NCBI GenBank assembly: GCA_044892525.1
Contig: CM097886.1
Location: forward strand, 33,108,001 to 33,172,000
Length of the DNA stretch: 64,000 nucleotides
Reading direction: 5' to 3'
From: Schmidtea polychroa
Taxonomy: Eukaryota
In this document: piece after piece, positions 22,601-35,280 of the stretch
Layout of the letters: every line of letters starts with the position of its first letter
Position numbering within the stretch: the first letter of the stretch is position 1
Position numbers and translations under genes: made by a program
Notes under the pieces: generated by a model
Told to the model about the DNA's origin: nothing
The model's database searches: none
What the model saw: the letters and a program-made list of their open reading frames with translations, nothing else

Positions 22601-23423
22601 TGATTAATTGTCGATGCTCGCGTCTGTGTGCGCTTTGTACTGGTTTTTGGAGGTTTTGTGTGCGCACACAGACGCGGACAATTGTGAATATAATTATGAT
22701 TTATTTTTGAGTTTTTATGGTGTCGATTTGTTTTGTGTTCCTTGCTGGATTCGAATTGTGAGGGATTGTTAGAGTAAGTGAGTTCTTGATTGTATCGGTT
22801 TTAGATGGTTTTTAAAAAGGAGTTTTGATCGAGTTGAATTTTGGTTTCGAGTTGTTTTCGAATTTTTGAATTTCTGTCCTGTTGGGAAAATATATGATTT
22901 TTGATATTATGCATTATAACTCAATGAAAAATAATGATGATGCCTTGAATGCTTTTCATGTTATTCGTTATAACTCAATGGAAAATAATGATGATGCCTT
23001 GAATGTTTCTCATATTATTCGTCATGTTCCTGTTGGAAATACTACAAACGAAACTGATGGTTCCTTTCTTATGACTCTAAAAGATCCTGATAATTTTAAT
23101 GGTGTTTTTGGCCAACTAATATCAAATTTATTTGGTGGATTGCTGCCGCAGGATTTTAGATCCGATTCGTCCGATTACATGTTTTCAGATCAAAGTTTTG
23201 ACAAGTGTGTAACGAGTATTAAGAATCAATTTGAACAAAGTGGTCCTCCACTAGCAAATAAGGCAGATATTGAGAGATTACAAGTCAAGAAAATCACCGC
23301 AGCTAATGATACAGGTTTCATTTGTATGTCAGATTATGAGGTGGCCGATGAAGTGTACAAGTTGCTCCGTCGAGAAACGCGGACGATTATACTACGAACC
23401 AATCTTCAAAGGACGATTAAACA
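22601..23423. mobile_element. 823-bp TG...CA element with 5-bp TSD (solo-LTR-like or TIR element) carrying a host gene fragment
   Basis: TSD CCTTG at 22596-22600 and 23424-23428; imperfect 12-bp TIR TGATTAATTGTC/TGTTTAATCGTC; removing it restores the transposase codons VQTRIK. Confidence 0.75.
22882..23365 (+). pseudogene. RNF126/RNF115-like RING E3 ligase fragment, truncated in the RING
   Basis: DYMFSDQSFDKCVTSIKNQFEQSGPPLANKADIERL..FICMSDYEVADEVYKL resembles RNF126 DYAWG..[45 protein letters not shown]. The first RING Cys reads Gly and the rest of the RING is missing. Confidence 0.75.
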
Positions 23424-24482
23424 CCTTGTTTGTACACCATTGTACACACCACCCATGACACTAGCCCCATCATAGCCCTGTCCATAGCATTTTTCTATTG
23501 GAATATTCATTTCCATCAGTATCTTCATTACCTGATCACTCATACCTTTTGCAAAATGGTCCTTTAATTCATAAAATCCTAGAAAGGTTTCAATTTAGTG
23601 AATTTTCTCTTTAATAATATGTCACTAGACAATGCAAAGTATTTAAGAATAAATAAATAAACAACATTTAAAAATAAGTAATTAAAAAGAACAATATATA
23701 AATATATTTATGAAAAAGTTAATAACTTAAAATTCTATTCTATTCAATAAAACAAAAAATTAAGATTTTAAATTTAAAATTTTCTAAAAGTAATTTTTGA
23801 TCAAATATAAATTCAAAACTATTGCTAATAAATTGAAATTCGGAAAATAATTCCTTAAAATTGAATCAAAAATATTTCTAGTGATATGCAGTTTATTAGA
23901 TAATTTGATCGTAGAGTTTTTCAAAATAAATATTGACTTTACCATAATAAATCAACATAAGAGTAGTGACATTTTTCCTAAGTCACCAAAAATTTGCCCT
24001 GATTGTTTAAAATACGATGTTAGAGAAAATTGAAATTCTAATTTAATTTTAAAATTTATAAATTTATTTCTAGACTTTTCATTAAGCCGCAATTTAGGAA
24101 TTAAAATTTCCATTTAATTCATAAATTTCATTTTTATACATTTTAACTCAGGTGTCTGAGATGTTAGGAAAAATGAAAATAACAATAATACAAAATTAAA
24201 GATATAATTAATGTTAATAAAAATTTATTAAAATATAAAATTTAACTGCTTACATGTCTATTAAAACAACAATTTTTTATGTTATTTCAGTTTTGTGCTT
24301 ACTTCAAATAAATATTGTTAGATGTTACAAGAACATCTTCTAAATGGTTTTCATCTGATAAACTTGAAATAGAAGATATAATCCAAAATACATTAATAAT
24401 CCAATAAAATTTAATTTTAAATCGAACTTTTAAAATCAGTTTTCAGCTTTGAATCAAATCTTTTTTAAATATTTATCTAAGA

Positions 24483-24512
24483 ACTAGCTGGGCTACCTGA
24501 CGTTGCTTGGGC
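24483..24512 (-). mobile_element. Probable Helitron 3' terminus (degenerate hairpin + CTAGT)
   Basis: Minus strand reads GCCCAAGCAACGTCAGGTAGCCCAGCTAGT, resembling common Helitron ends. Confidence 0.4.
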
Positions 24513-24659
24513 ACATAAGTCGTATAGTAAATTGCTATATTTTATTAAACGCACTTGAATTTTCAAAAGTAATTATACATCGTAAACATATATTACATGT
24601 TATAAGGAAGTGAAAACCTGCATCTTTTAAATTTCCCTGCATTTTAATAACTCTTTTTT

Positions 24660-24848
24660 AATTAACAATGACCTTTATTTTAATTCCTTGTTTGTTTTCA
24701 TTTATTTGATTTATCTTTCTCATTTTTTATTTCTTTTTACTTCTTTTTTCTTCTCTGAGTTCCCATAGATCGTCCGTTTGTCATGACGATCTTCCCCCAG
24801 ATAATTTATTTATTTATAATGCTTTTTATCATTTAGGTATCTTCAACA
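24660..24848 (-). mobile_element. Family B LTR 5' fragment
   Basis: Reverse complement of the LTR start (TGTTGAAGATACCTAAAT...CATGACAAACGG...CTATGGGAACTCAG); inner edge approximate. Confidence 0.8.
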
Positions 24849-24904
24849 ATTATAATAATTCAGTATTGTAATTCAGTAATATTTTCAAATTATTGCACAT
24901 ATAA

Positions 24905-24960
24905 TAGTTATCTGTTATCTAAGTTGTTATCTAACTGTTATCTAACTGTTATCTAAGTTG
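24905..24960. repeat. Short tandem array of TGTTATCTAA(C/GT)
   Basis: Four to five consecutive 11-13 bp units. Confidence 0.75.
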
Positions 24961-27900
24961 AATAAATAAAAAACAATTATTTTCAAAATCCATTATGTAC
25001 AATATATTTCAGAATCCTATAAATCACTAAGTACAAAATTGAGAATTAATTTCTAATTAAATTTTCATTTATAAAAAATATTTACAAATACGTAATTAAT
25101 TTTAGTTTAATATATCATGATTAAACTCCAGAAAGGGTTTGACATTTGTAACAAAGTTATCTTGAAAGGGTTAATATGGTTGAACAGGTAACATTAGTGC
25201 AAGGTATCGAAATTATTAAATATTTATTAAATAAATTTGATTAAATTAAAATGATATTATTGCAGAAAGTTTAACTGTATTTTGTTTGAATGTTTTAATT
25301 TAAATTAATTAAATTCAAAAAGATTATTTAATAAAATCTGCTTTCTTTATCAGTGAAAATTAAATATTATTTCATGAATGTCGAAAGTGAAATATTATTT
25401 CCATATCAATTCAATTTTGTTCATCCGGAAGTTGTCAGTTTCCCTATTGAAATTGCAATTAATTTTTTTTCAAAATTCACACAACAAATCATCTAGAATC
25501 CAATTTCCTAATGTTTAAATACGTAAATTACTGTCAATCAGTGATTAAATAAATAGTTTCCCATGAATTTTATATTTAAAAAGAAATAATTAAAAAATAA
25601 TTAAAATTTGATTTATGATTCTACATTGAGTTCATATTTCTAAGGAAAAATTAATTATTAATAAATTTTTAAAAAACTTCAAATAATATGTTTGATCTAA
25701 AAATATTTGATCTAAAAAATAAAAAATTTAAAAATAAAAAGGTTTTACTAAAATTTGGGACAACAACATACAACGGAAATAGGCTTTTGTGAACCGGTAA
25801 CACCAAAGGAAAATGCTGTCCAACGCCCTAAAACATTACCCTCTCCTGAAACGTCTACTCTCTTTTCACTAGTTCTCAAAATGCTATTTAACAAATATTT
25901 CACTCAAACATTAGTAAGTACATTAAAACAGATGCTTGTGTTAACTTTAACGTATTAAATATTTAAGAAGAATAATAAACTAAAAATAAGTTTTTTACAT
26001 CTAAATTATTGTGAATGAAATAATTTTAAAATTTTAAAATATGACAATTGGACATAATTTGATAATTTGAATTAAATAGTAATTTCTAACAAAGGAATAA
26101 TTGATCCACTTTGAATTAACAAGAAATTTATTTTTGTTTTAAAAATAAAATATTGCATTAGTACCGAAAATTCGTAAATATCAAAAACATCGATATTGAT
26201 TCAAAATCAAGCTTTTTAATAAATACAATGGAAAAGAAATCATTGTTGAAATTTGATAAACAAAGTTCTTATAATATTATCATTATGTTTATTTCAATTA
26301 TTCTAATCAAATAAAATTTTGACATTTAACATTTTGATTTCAATAATTTACAGTAAATAATTAATTATTTTAATTTATTTGTGAATAATGTGAATAAGCT
26401 GATCGACAAAAATGATCCTGGTTTAAAGTTTTTAATTTTGAAATTCAAATAAAGTTAATTTTTCATAATAATGTTTTATTAGTTGGATTTACAAAATATT
26501 TATTATGCTTATTAAACTGTAAATAAATAAATCCAAGAAAAAATTCAAATGAAGATTAGTTGATTTTAGTTGTATTAATTCATGATCTACGAAAAATTAT
26601 GGCTTTGTATAATAAAGAACAGTTGAGATGATAAGAATTATTCGTATAATGATGAGACCAGAGTAAAATATATCTTTGAATGTATGTTTAAAAGTTAAAC
26701 ATTATATGTGAAATGATAATATAAAAATTGAAAATTATTTATTTTATTTATTAAATAATGATTATTTTACAATATTTAAATAATAATATTTGTATAAAAT
26801 ATTATTGATTTACAATGCGTCTATTTTAATGTACTTGAATTATTATTTTTCTTATCCTTATAATATTCCTATACCCTCTTCTTGATTTAGAATGTATGTA
26901 TTACACTGTTTTTCGTAATTTTTATCCTCTTATGTGTTATTTTGTTATATCAAAATATATAACTCATTAGGTACATTTGTTAGAAATGCATGTTTAATTG
27001 GAGGTATCATTTAGTATATTTTAAAGTAATTTATGTAGATTAAATAAAAATACATGATCTATTCCGATAACATTTAGCAATTTATAAATAGTTGATATAA
27101 ATACATAGTCACCTTGAATAACCTTTAACAAATTCATAAGTAGTCTACGTATATTTGTTAGAAATACATTGGAATTTTTTTTCTAATATTTTTTTGTAAT
27201 TTAGGGATGTATCAGAATGTGTTAAAATAATGATAAGGACAATAGAAGGATAGGGCGCGGAATCTTCCAAAATAAACTCCTGCTTCTGGAGGTGCTTCAG
27301 GGCAATAGGTATCCTAGAAATTGAACTAATCTTTAGCTGATGACTACCCACTATAAAACAGTACCAATGTCGCTTGCGACGAGCAATTAGTAGTGAATAA
27401 TAGTTATTACAAAGTTTCGAGGGGGACAAAGCAGTGATAGGTACTGGAATGACAAAGGAGGGATACAAGTGAGGCGAATACGGTAAAATTTCGCCAAGTT
27501 GTAACCTACCAATATAGATAAGGAAGTATTAATAGTTTAAGGGATTTTACTGATCACATTCATACTTACTTCACTTCATTGCGCACGCAAACATTCTCAC
27601 ATAAGTCATCAAACATCTAGTNNNNNNNNNNNNNNNNNNNNNNNNNNNNNNNNNNNNNNNNNNNNNNNNNNNNNNNNNNNNNNNNNNNNNNNNNNNNNNN
27701 NNNNNNNNNNNNNNNNNNNNNNNNNNNNNNNNNNNNNNNNNNNNNNNNNNNNNNNNNNNNNNNNNNNNNNNNNNNNNNNNNNNNNNNNNNNNNNNNNNNN
27801 NNNNNNNNNNNNNNNNNTATAAAAATTTATTTCAGTACGATTAATATTTAAAGAACTTTCATAATAACATATTAAACATTGTTTTCAATTGCAAAATAAA

Positions 27901-28159
27901 AAAGAAAATTACCATTTTTCTTGTTCTCTTGAGTATTTCAATTGTTTTTCGTGGCAAAATCGCAATAGACTTTGACATCTACTTATATTTTTTCAAAGTA
28001 AATTTTATAATTATTACAATTATCATTTATTTACCCAAAATTTTTGAAAAATCCCATGTCCTAAATAAATATAAATTTTGATCTGTAGTTTGAAATGAAG
28101 AAAAAGGATTTTGAAAATAATCAATCAAAGTCGAAAAAAATAAAATAATAACGTAATAA

Positions 28160-28550
28160 TAATTTTTTTTTGAATTTCACCACTGATTTCTTTTCCATTG
28201 ACATTGTATTTATTAACACGTTGACGGACACTTGCGTCTATAGCCGTCAAAAAACGAAACGGTTGTTTTTAGACACAAAAACTTGCTTATTTGAGCCATT
28301 AAACCTGTCATTTACATTTTTAAATTACCTTATTAAAGGTGCTAAATTAATCAAAATTAAGTTTATTTAAGCAGAAAGAGTAATATTCTAATATTCTAAA
28401 AATTACAAAAACATGTGTCAATTTTCGAACTTCACTTGTTTCTACTGCCCGTCAGTGTGTTAATAAGCTTGAAGACTATGAATCAGTAAATATATCAAAA
28501 ACATCGATATATTTACTGATTTATAGTCAAGCTTTTCAATAAATACAATG
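28160..28550. repeat. Palindromic foldback repeat (best copy), interrupted by a piggyBac-type MITE
   Basis: 23-bp arms at 28474-28496 and 28506-28528 (1 mismatch) around AAAAACATC; outer arms continue. Partial copies near 7246, 26165, 47640, 51150, 58040 and 60265. Confidence 0.75.
28217..28459. mobile_element. piggyBac-type MITE (243 bp)
   Basis: TTAA on both sides; TIR CACGTTGACGG/CACACTGACGG. Confidence 0.75.
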
Positions 28551-29487
28551 GTTGCTGTGATAATTGCTGTGATATAATTATGTAATTAATTAAATTACGA
28601 AATGATTGTAATAATTAAATGAATATTTTGTTGTAATAATGTGGAATTATGAATGAATGATAACTTTAAGCTACATAATGTAAGCAATTTTGAATTTAAT
28701 CAGACATTTTACAAAAGAATATTAGTAAAAAGTGAAGATTTGCATTATTTCAGGTGAAAATATTAATAATAAGCATTTGAAAGCTGTTTAATGTTGCGTA
28801 AGTTTAAACTTAACTTAACAGCAATTTATTTGCAAAGATTTTTATTGAAACAACAGATAAGAAATCTCATGAGAATATTTAATTGTCATTTTTGTTATCA
28901 ATTAGTTAATAAATCATTTAAAATTATATATGAGATTCTGTAGAAATCATTGGAAAAATTCTTTATAATTAATGAATTGCTGGTTAGAGATAATTTTCAC
29001 TGAAACCAGATAAATAACTATACAAAATTTTTATTAAAATAATTTTACCTTTCTTTTAATGTCGGGAAAGCTACAATAGAAAATGTCTCAGAAATTTTAC
29101 CAATTTCTGTTTCAATAATTAATATCAAATATCCATGGAATTTATATTACAATTTTGTTTAAATTTTTACCGTNNNNNNNNNNNNNNNNNNNNNNNNNNN
29201 NNNNNNNNNNNNNNNNNNNNNNNNNNNNNNNNNNNNNNNNNNNNNNNNNNNNNNNNNNNNNNNNNNNNNNNNNNNNNNNNNNNNNNNNNNNNNNNNNNNN
29301 NNNNNNNNNNNNNNNNNNNNNNNNCTTGATAGCAGCATTTATTTTTTAAAACAATAAAGTGATAGTTTAAGCCTTTGCTGCGAATAATGTATTTAATGAA
29401 AAAATCTTTTGAAAGCATATTTCCTTAAATTTCTATAATTAATATTTTTTTAAAATTTTTTTTTATTATTATCAGTTATTATCAAGG

Positions 29488-29774
29488 TCAATGACAACAG
29501 ATCAAATTGATGATTTCATTGATTTCTTCTCTAGTGTTGATTGTTGGCCGTCTGTTTATATTGAGAATTGCTTCTTTGAATCTGACATTTTTTGGATGTT
29601 TCCATTGGCTACGATTTTGATTGAAATAATTTTTTTTTCCTTTGTTCGTTGACATTGTTGGAGATGTCTATTTATCGAGGATGTTCCACCAGGATCTAGA
29701 TGTTCTTTAACTCTTTGGTTCCAGGTCCTGAGTGTATTTCCAATGTATATTTCCTTGCATACATTTCACGTAAT
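29488..29774 (-). pseudogene. Penelope-like GIY-YIG endonuclease fragment
   Basis: IT*NVCKEIYIGNTLRTWNQRVKEHL...(frameshift) RFKEAILNINRRPTINTREE. Confidence 0.8.
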
Positions 29775-29781
29775 GCAAAAG

Positions 29782-29835
<54 letters not shown>
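29782..29835. repeat. (AAT)n microsatellite
   Basis: Pure trinucleotide run. Confidence 0.95.
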
Positions 29836-29836
<1 letters not shown>

Positions 29837-31333
29837 AACTATCATATTTACTTTATTTTTACTTACATATTAGTTCATATTAGTTATGATTATAACCATA
29901 ATATGAAAAACTATATTTCAAGAAAAATCACTGGAATATAGTGTTCTAGAACATTATAAATAAATTAAAAGCGAAAAGTTGTTAAACGGTTAATTATTCC
30001 GTTTGATAGTAATGTTTACATCATAAAACAATATGGAACTTTGGAGAGCGTCAATAAAAATATTGAACACTCCATTCATGCAATAAAAGTTTACATAATT
30101 TAAACAAAAATTTGAACTTTCCTTAAAATATATGAGAAGCCGGTCAACAAATACCGTAATTTTATTATTTAAAAATATGGGAAACATACTATACATGGTT
30201 TCTAATGAACAAATTAAAGTCGTCATCCTAATAAAAACACAACAGATCCTATAATTCTACGACTGGACACAACAATTTAATTAACTCTTTGTAACTCATT
30301 ATTTTTATATCGAAATGATTTGTTTTGTCATAGAATGGAATTAAAAGATGACATGTAAAAGAAATATGAAATTAAATGTACATACCGATCTTCATTGCTA
30401 CTACTATATCAAACGAAACAAATATTTTATACAGAAAAAATTATAAAGAAACTGCGGTTAAGTTAATGGCTGTTAGCAGAGAGTCCAATGAAATTTTGAG
30501 TCCATGTGTTAAGTATTATTAAGCTTCTTAAAAGAATGTTTTCAGATTTTTTATTTGCAAAAATTAAAAAATTTATTCATTTTGAAAGAAAAATATAATT
30601 CAATAACTAAACTGTTGAAAAAAGTAAAAATTAAAATTTTTATACATATTAATTTAAACAAAAATGATTTATTTATTGTATTTACGGATAATCTTATTCT
30701 GCTAGTGCCATTGAATTAGAAGTTATTTGTCAATTGTGAGATGTTTAAAAATACTCTAAAGATTTCTATAAATTAATTGTAATAAAAGAAGTATTTTGTA
30801 AAGGAAACAATTCTTTTAAAGTAAAATAATTATCAAGTAAAACTTTTAATAATTAGAATAGTTAAAATAAAATTTAAAATTACAATAAAAGGTTTAATAA
30901 AGTTTTATTAAATACAGGTTTATTAAAATATAACTGAAATTAATTTAAAAAATAAATCACAATAAAAAATTACAGTAATTAAAAATAGTATATTGAATGT
31001 ATGGATACATATTTAAAAAAATCCTGTCAAGACAAATTGCATAGTTTCGATTCTCCTCACTTTGTTTAAATATTGTATAATAAAAATATATTTTATAAAA
31101 GTGTGGATTTAATTATAATTTAATGATCGATTCAATTAACACCAGTACTTCAGGAAAAGAAAATATTAACATCAATTACCTCAGGAGAGTAATAAAAGCA
31201 TTGATCTATAATCAAAATGAAGATTAAAAATAGTTTAAAATAGTATCATTCGAACATTAAAAGAACTATAGTAAATAAACAAAATATATTATTTTCTCTG
31301 AATCAAATATGATTTATTAACAATATTTGAATA

Positions 31334-31561
31334 CACTCATACCTCGCTTTACGGTCTAGATACGTTCCAGGAAAGTTGGCCGCAAAGCGAAACGCCGCAT
31401 AACGAATCAAATATTTTGATATAATTCCATATATAATTCCATACTTTTTTTGGCCGTATAACGAAACATTTTAGGCCGTAAATCGAAAAAGTGCCGTAAT
31501 TAAAGTAGGCCGTTATAGCGAAAAGCCGTATAAAGAGCAGCCGTATAGCGAGGTATGAGTG
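31334..31561. mobile_element. Tc1/mariner (Tigger-like) MITE (228 bp)
   Basis: TA TSD; 21-bp TIR CACTCATACCTCGCT(T/A)TACGG. Confidence 0.9.
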
Positions 31562-33812
31562 TACTAAAATAAATTATAAAAATACATGATTAACAATAAA
31601 TTTCAAAATAATAATTTAATTAATTACTAATTTATTACCAATTTACTTTATAATTTTCGTAAAATTTCAGAATAATCAAAATCAAAATATAAAAATATAT
31701 TAAATTAAACCAAATATATTAATAATAATTCAATAACTATAATTTTTAGTAAACTAAGTAGATATTATTATTAAAAAATGTAATTAATGGTACAAAATAA
31801 TTGATGTCGTTTAAAGGGATAAAAAGAATCACTTAAAAATGTCTGGCAATATTTATGAATTGTTTTGCTATATAATTAGAATTTAATTGAAAAATAAGAA
31901 TTGCAAACGGATAAATAAAATTCAAGAGAATTTTATAAAGTTGATATATTCAGTCAATAATTAAAATAACGATTAAAATAAAAAAAATGAACAAATCAAG
32001 ACAGCATTTACTAAATATTCTCGGAATTAATTTCTTTAAAAATTAAAATTGAATTTAAACAAAGTTTCGTTAAGTTTAAAATTTTATTTATCAGATCAAC
32101 TGCCGACGCAAATGAATTATATAATCATTTATCTTTCTAATGCGGATATTTGAGGGGCCATGAAATCTATGAGTTCTACAAATACAGAATTAATTAATCA
32201 AACTGTGTCATTGTGCAAATATTTTGTCAAAATAATAACGGCAATGTTTTTAAAGAGACAAAAATTGAAAATGAAATAACCTTTTAAAGAGCGCAGCATA
32301 ATTGCATTTATTTCTGTTGAGTTTATTTTAAAGGATAAAATTAAATAATATTTTTACGAAACTAATTAATTTCATTAAAGAAAAAAATGTTTATAGGAAC
32401 AGAAACTTTTATATTACAAATCAGGACTTTCAAAATTTGACATTAATTGTAGTGTTTTTATCATAATAATTGGTAAGAAAACTTTTGTAAATAAATAACT
32501 ATATATTAATAAATAATTAATTATTATTATTTATTAATATTTTTATTTTTATTACTAGAAATATAAATATTAAATTTATGGTTAATATCAGATTTATTTG
32601 AAAATAAGACCATGATCTTATTTTCGAATAAAATATTTTAAATAATTGAATTTATGTAACTATCTTATAATATATATTATTAACAATTACGATTCTATAT
32701 TAATATCCCATTAGAACTACCTCTTTACTTAAAAAAAAGACATATGGAACAGGAATGGGAACAATGGCAATAAATGGTAATTTTCCTTATTTACGTACCA
32801 GTTATAAACCATTAGCTTCATGCTCACAGTAATCTCATTAATAATTAATGACTAATTGATCTAATTATAATAAAATATTTACTTTGTATGATAAATAATA
32901 ATTACCATATTTTGTATATAGTTTATCAAATTAAGCATAAAATTTATATTTTTAAGCGACTTTGTAATTTCATCTTTTATAATTTTAAATAATAAATATT
33001 AGTATTTTATTTTAAACCGTTGATAATAAAATGATTTTAAGATTGTTTTTAAGTGTTAAAAGACAATTTGAAACTGTTATGAAGAATAACATTTTTGTTT
33101 TAGTTGAAAGTTGTCAATAAAAAAGGTAAATTTATTTATTTAAATTAATTATAAAAACCTAATAGATCCGCGATAGTAATTGGATATATGATTTTATTAA
33201 CTATTTATGGATACACTTTTATTCGTGTTCTATAAAATAAGACACAACAATCTTAACGTATATTTGTATTTACAGTTTTATATCACAAATTGCACACCCG
33301 AATGTTCACACCAAGAAACAATATACGTTAAGACTACCCAACGAGCCCTACTGCGACTGTTGGATTCCTTGAACTTTAATACAATAATCTCCCTCAATAA
33401 TCCCTCAACCAGATCAAAGACATTCAGTTTATATGGTTTAACAGTAAATGATCAACTTCATATTTCTTATTCTTTGAAATCATATTACCAGACAGTTAAA
33501 TATTAAAGAAAAACGTAAAGATTAAAAATTAATTAACAAATTGTTGGAAATAAATTTTTATATTTTTTCAAATTATTACAATTTCATATTTAAATTGTGA
33601 TTTTTTGAAATATTCATCAAAATAATTTACATCATCTCAGACTCACAATTCTAATAGACGTGACAGGAAATATCAATAAAGTTTTTAAATAATTAAAGTT
33701 TTATAAAATTTATATTGCTTTGATAATACGTATTTTATCTTTTCTTTTAGACAGTCGTCGACTGACGACCTTGATTGGATCCGACAGAACGACCGATCAC
33801 TGGACTACCCTT

Positions 33813-34742
33813 TGATGGGTTATGGAGTTGGTGATAAATTTAAATGTTACTCTGACTCCAAACGTGTCTTTATACGATCCACAAATAACACTTGACAACA
33901 GAAATCTTTATTGATAATCACAAATAAACTTTCACTTTACACTGACAATAAATTCAACACTCGGCTTCGTGTCTATAAACTGCTTATTACAACACTCAGT
34001 GAGGAATAGCACTTGCGTATAACACCGGATTAAAGATCACAAATTACTGATTGGTTTATGAACGGTGACTTTGTGCTGATTGTTTTCTTTGATCTTCTTC
34101 ACAAATTTATTCCAATACTCAAGTAACTTCTTTTCTTTTAATTTGTCAACTAATTCTTTTCTTCAAATCTTCTCCAATAATTATTCTTCACAATTATTTT
34201 CTTTACAACGTTGTATAATTTTTCTCCAATAATTTTATCTCTCAAATTGTCTCTCAAATTGTCTTCCGAATTGTCTCAATTTCGAGTCACTTTTTGTCTC
34301 TAATTTTGTCTGATTTTGTCTCTGCTAGTTTCTCTTTATAAAGTTTGCTTATATTGTGACACTCAAGATATTCAAGTGTTTTTCTCCTGCCTTTTTATCT
34401 CTGATGGCTGTCAAGATAGCTTTCATTTTTCCTTTTTTGTTCAACCGCCTTCTCCCGGCAATTACGTTATCACTGGCAAGCCGTCGAGATAAGAATATTG
34501 TTGTTTTCCTTTTTTCCCGATTCCGAAATTTCTTTTCCATTTTGTACTAATTAATTAGTACTGACCTTGGATTTTATTTTCTTGTTTAATTTCTTTTGTT
34601 TCATTCCTCTTTCTCATTTCTCATTTCTTTTTACTTCCGTTTTCTTTTCTGAGTTCCCATAGATCGTCCCGTTTGTCATGACGATCTTCCCCAGGTAATT
34701 TTATTTATTTATTTATAAATTGTTATTTAGGTATCCTCAACA
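33813..34742 (-). mobile_element. Solo LTR, family B (930 bp)
   Basis: Reverse complement of the 11209/13611 family; 4-bp TSD CCTT/CCTT. Confidence 0.9.
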
Positions 34743-34859
34743 CCTTTATTTCGTATCAGTTTCATAGGTATATAATAAATTTTCAAATATTTCTTTGTAA
34801 ATTAATTAGTTTGATTTTAATGAATGACAAATATCATATTTTATTACTTACGAAAAAAA

Positions 34860-35280
34860 ATACTCCAATATACATGTTCATTTTCAAATTCATAATAACA
34901 CATAATCATTTTATTTCTGAATAATAACAGTTTTTCCGTGTCCATACCAGGAGATAATGTCATCATTGAACAACCTAATGGTCGCATCTCGGTTGATTGG
35001 GTAGAAAACTGCTTAATATCCGCAACAGAACGACTTATTATATCGCAAGGCATTTCATATCCATGTTTATATCTAAATCGAGCGGCTTCCATTTTTGCAC
35101 GACATACTTGAGATCGATAATCAGGGATCATACCAGTCATAACACTTCCAGTACTTTCAGTAATATTAAACAATCTTGTAGCTGAACTCTTCTCAATCAT
35201 TTTATCTGGAACCTGTCTTTGTGTAGCTACTACATCACAATAATTGCATCGAATATCCACGGAAAGCAATCCACCACATA
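34860..35280 (-). pseudogene. PSMA6: Proteasome subunit alpha type-6 fragment, decayed
   Basis: GGLLSV..TQRQVPDKM..TRLFNITES.GSVMTGM..DYRSQV.RAK.EAA.FRYKHGYEMP.D...VADI.Q..TQ..EMRPLGC matches PSMA6 about aa 35-140. The N-terminus is missing, conserved sites are substituted, and homology frays downstream. Confidence 0.85.

Larger units (their letters stand above)
21400..23597 (-). pseudogene. hAT transposase (ZMYM1/TTF-like group), 5'-truncated, frameshifted and interrupted
   Basis: ETFLGFYEL..GQGYDGASVMGGVYNGVQTR|IKRIRPNAEYVHCASHNLNL..RWS..TLPVTVAGVERSFSKLKIIK, split by the insert at 22601-23423. Confidence 0.9.

Noticed and set aside
25755-25913. Host exon ending at a TTA|GTAAGT donor
   Set aside because: Good donor, but no clear acceptor or recognisable protein; left uncalled.
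27145-27520. Ankyrin/gankyrin-like pseudogene
   Set aside because: Similarity is too faint and interrupted by stops.
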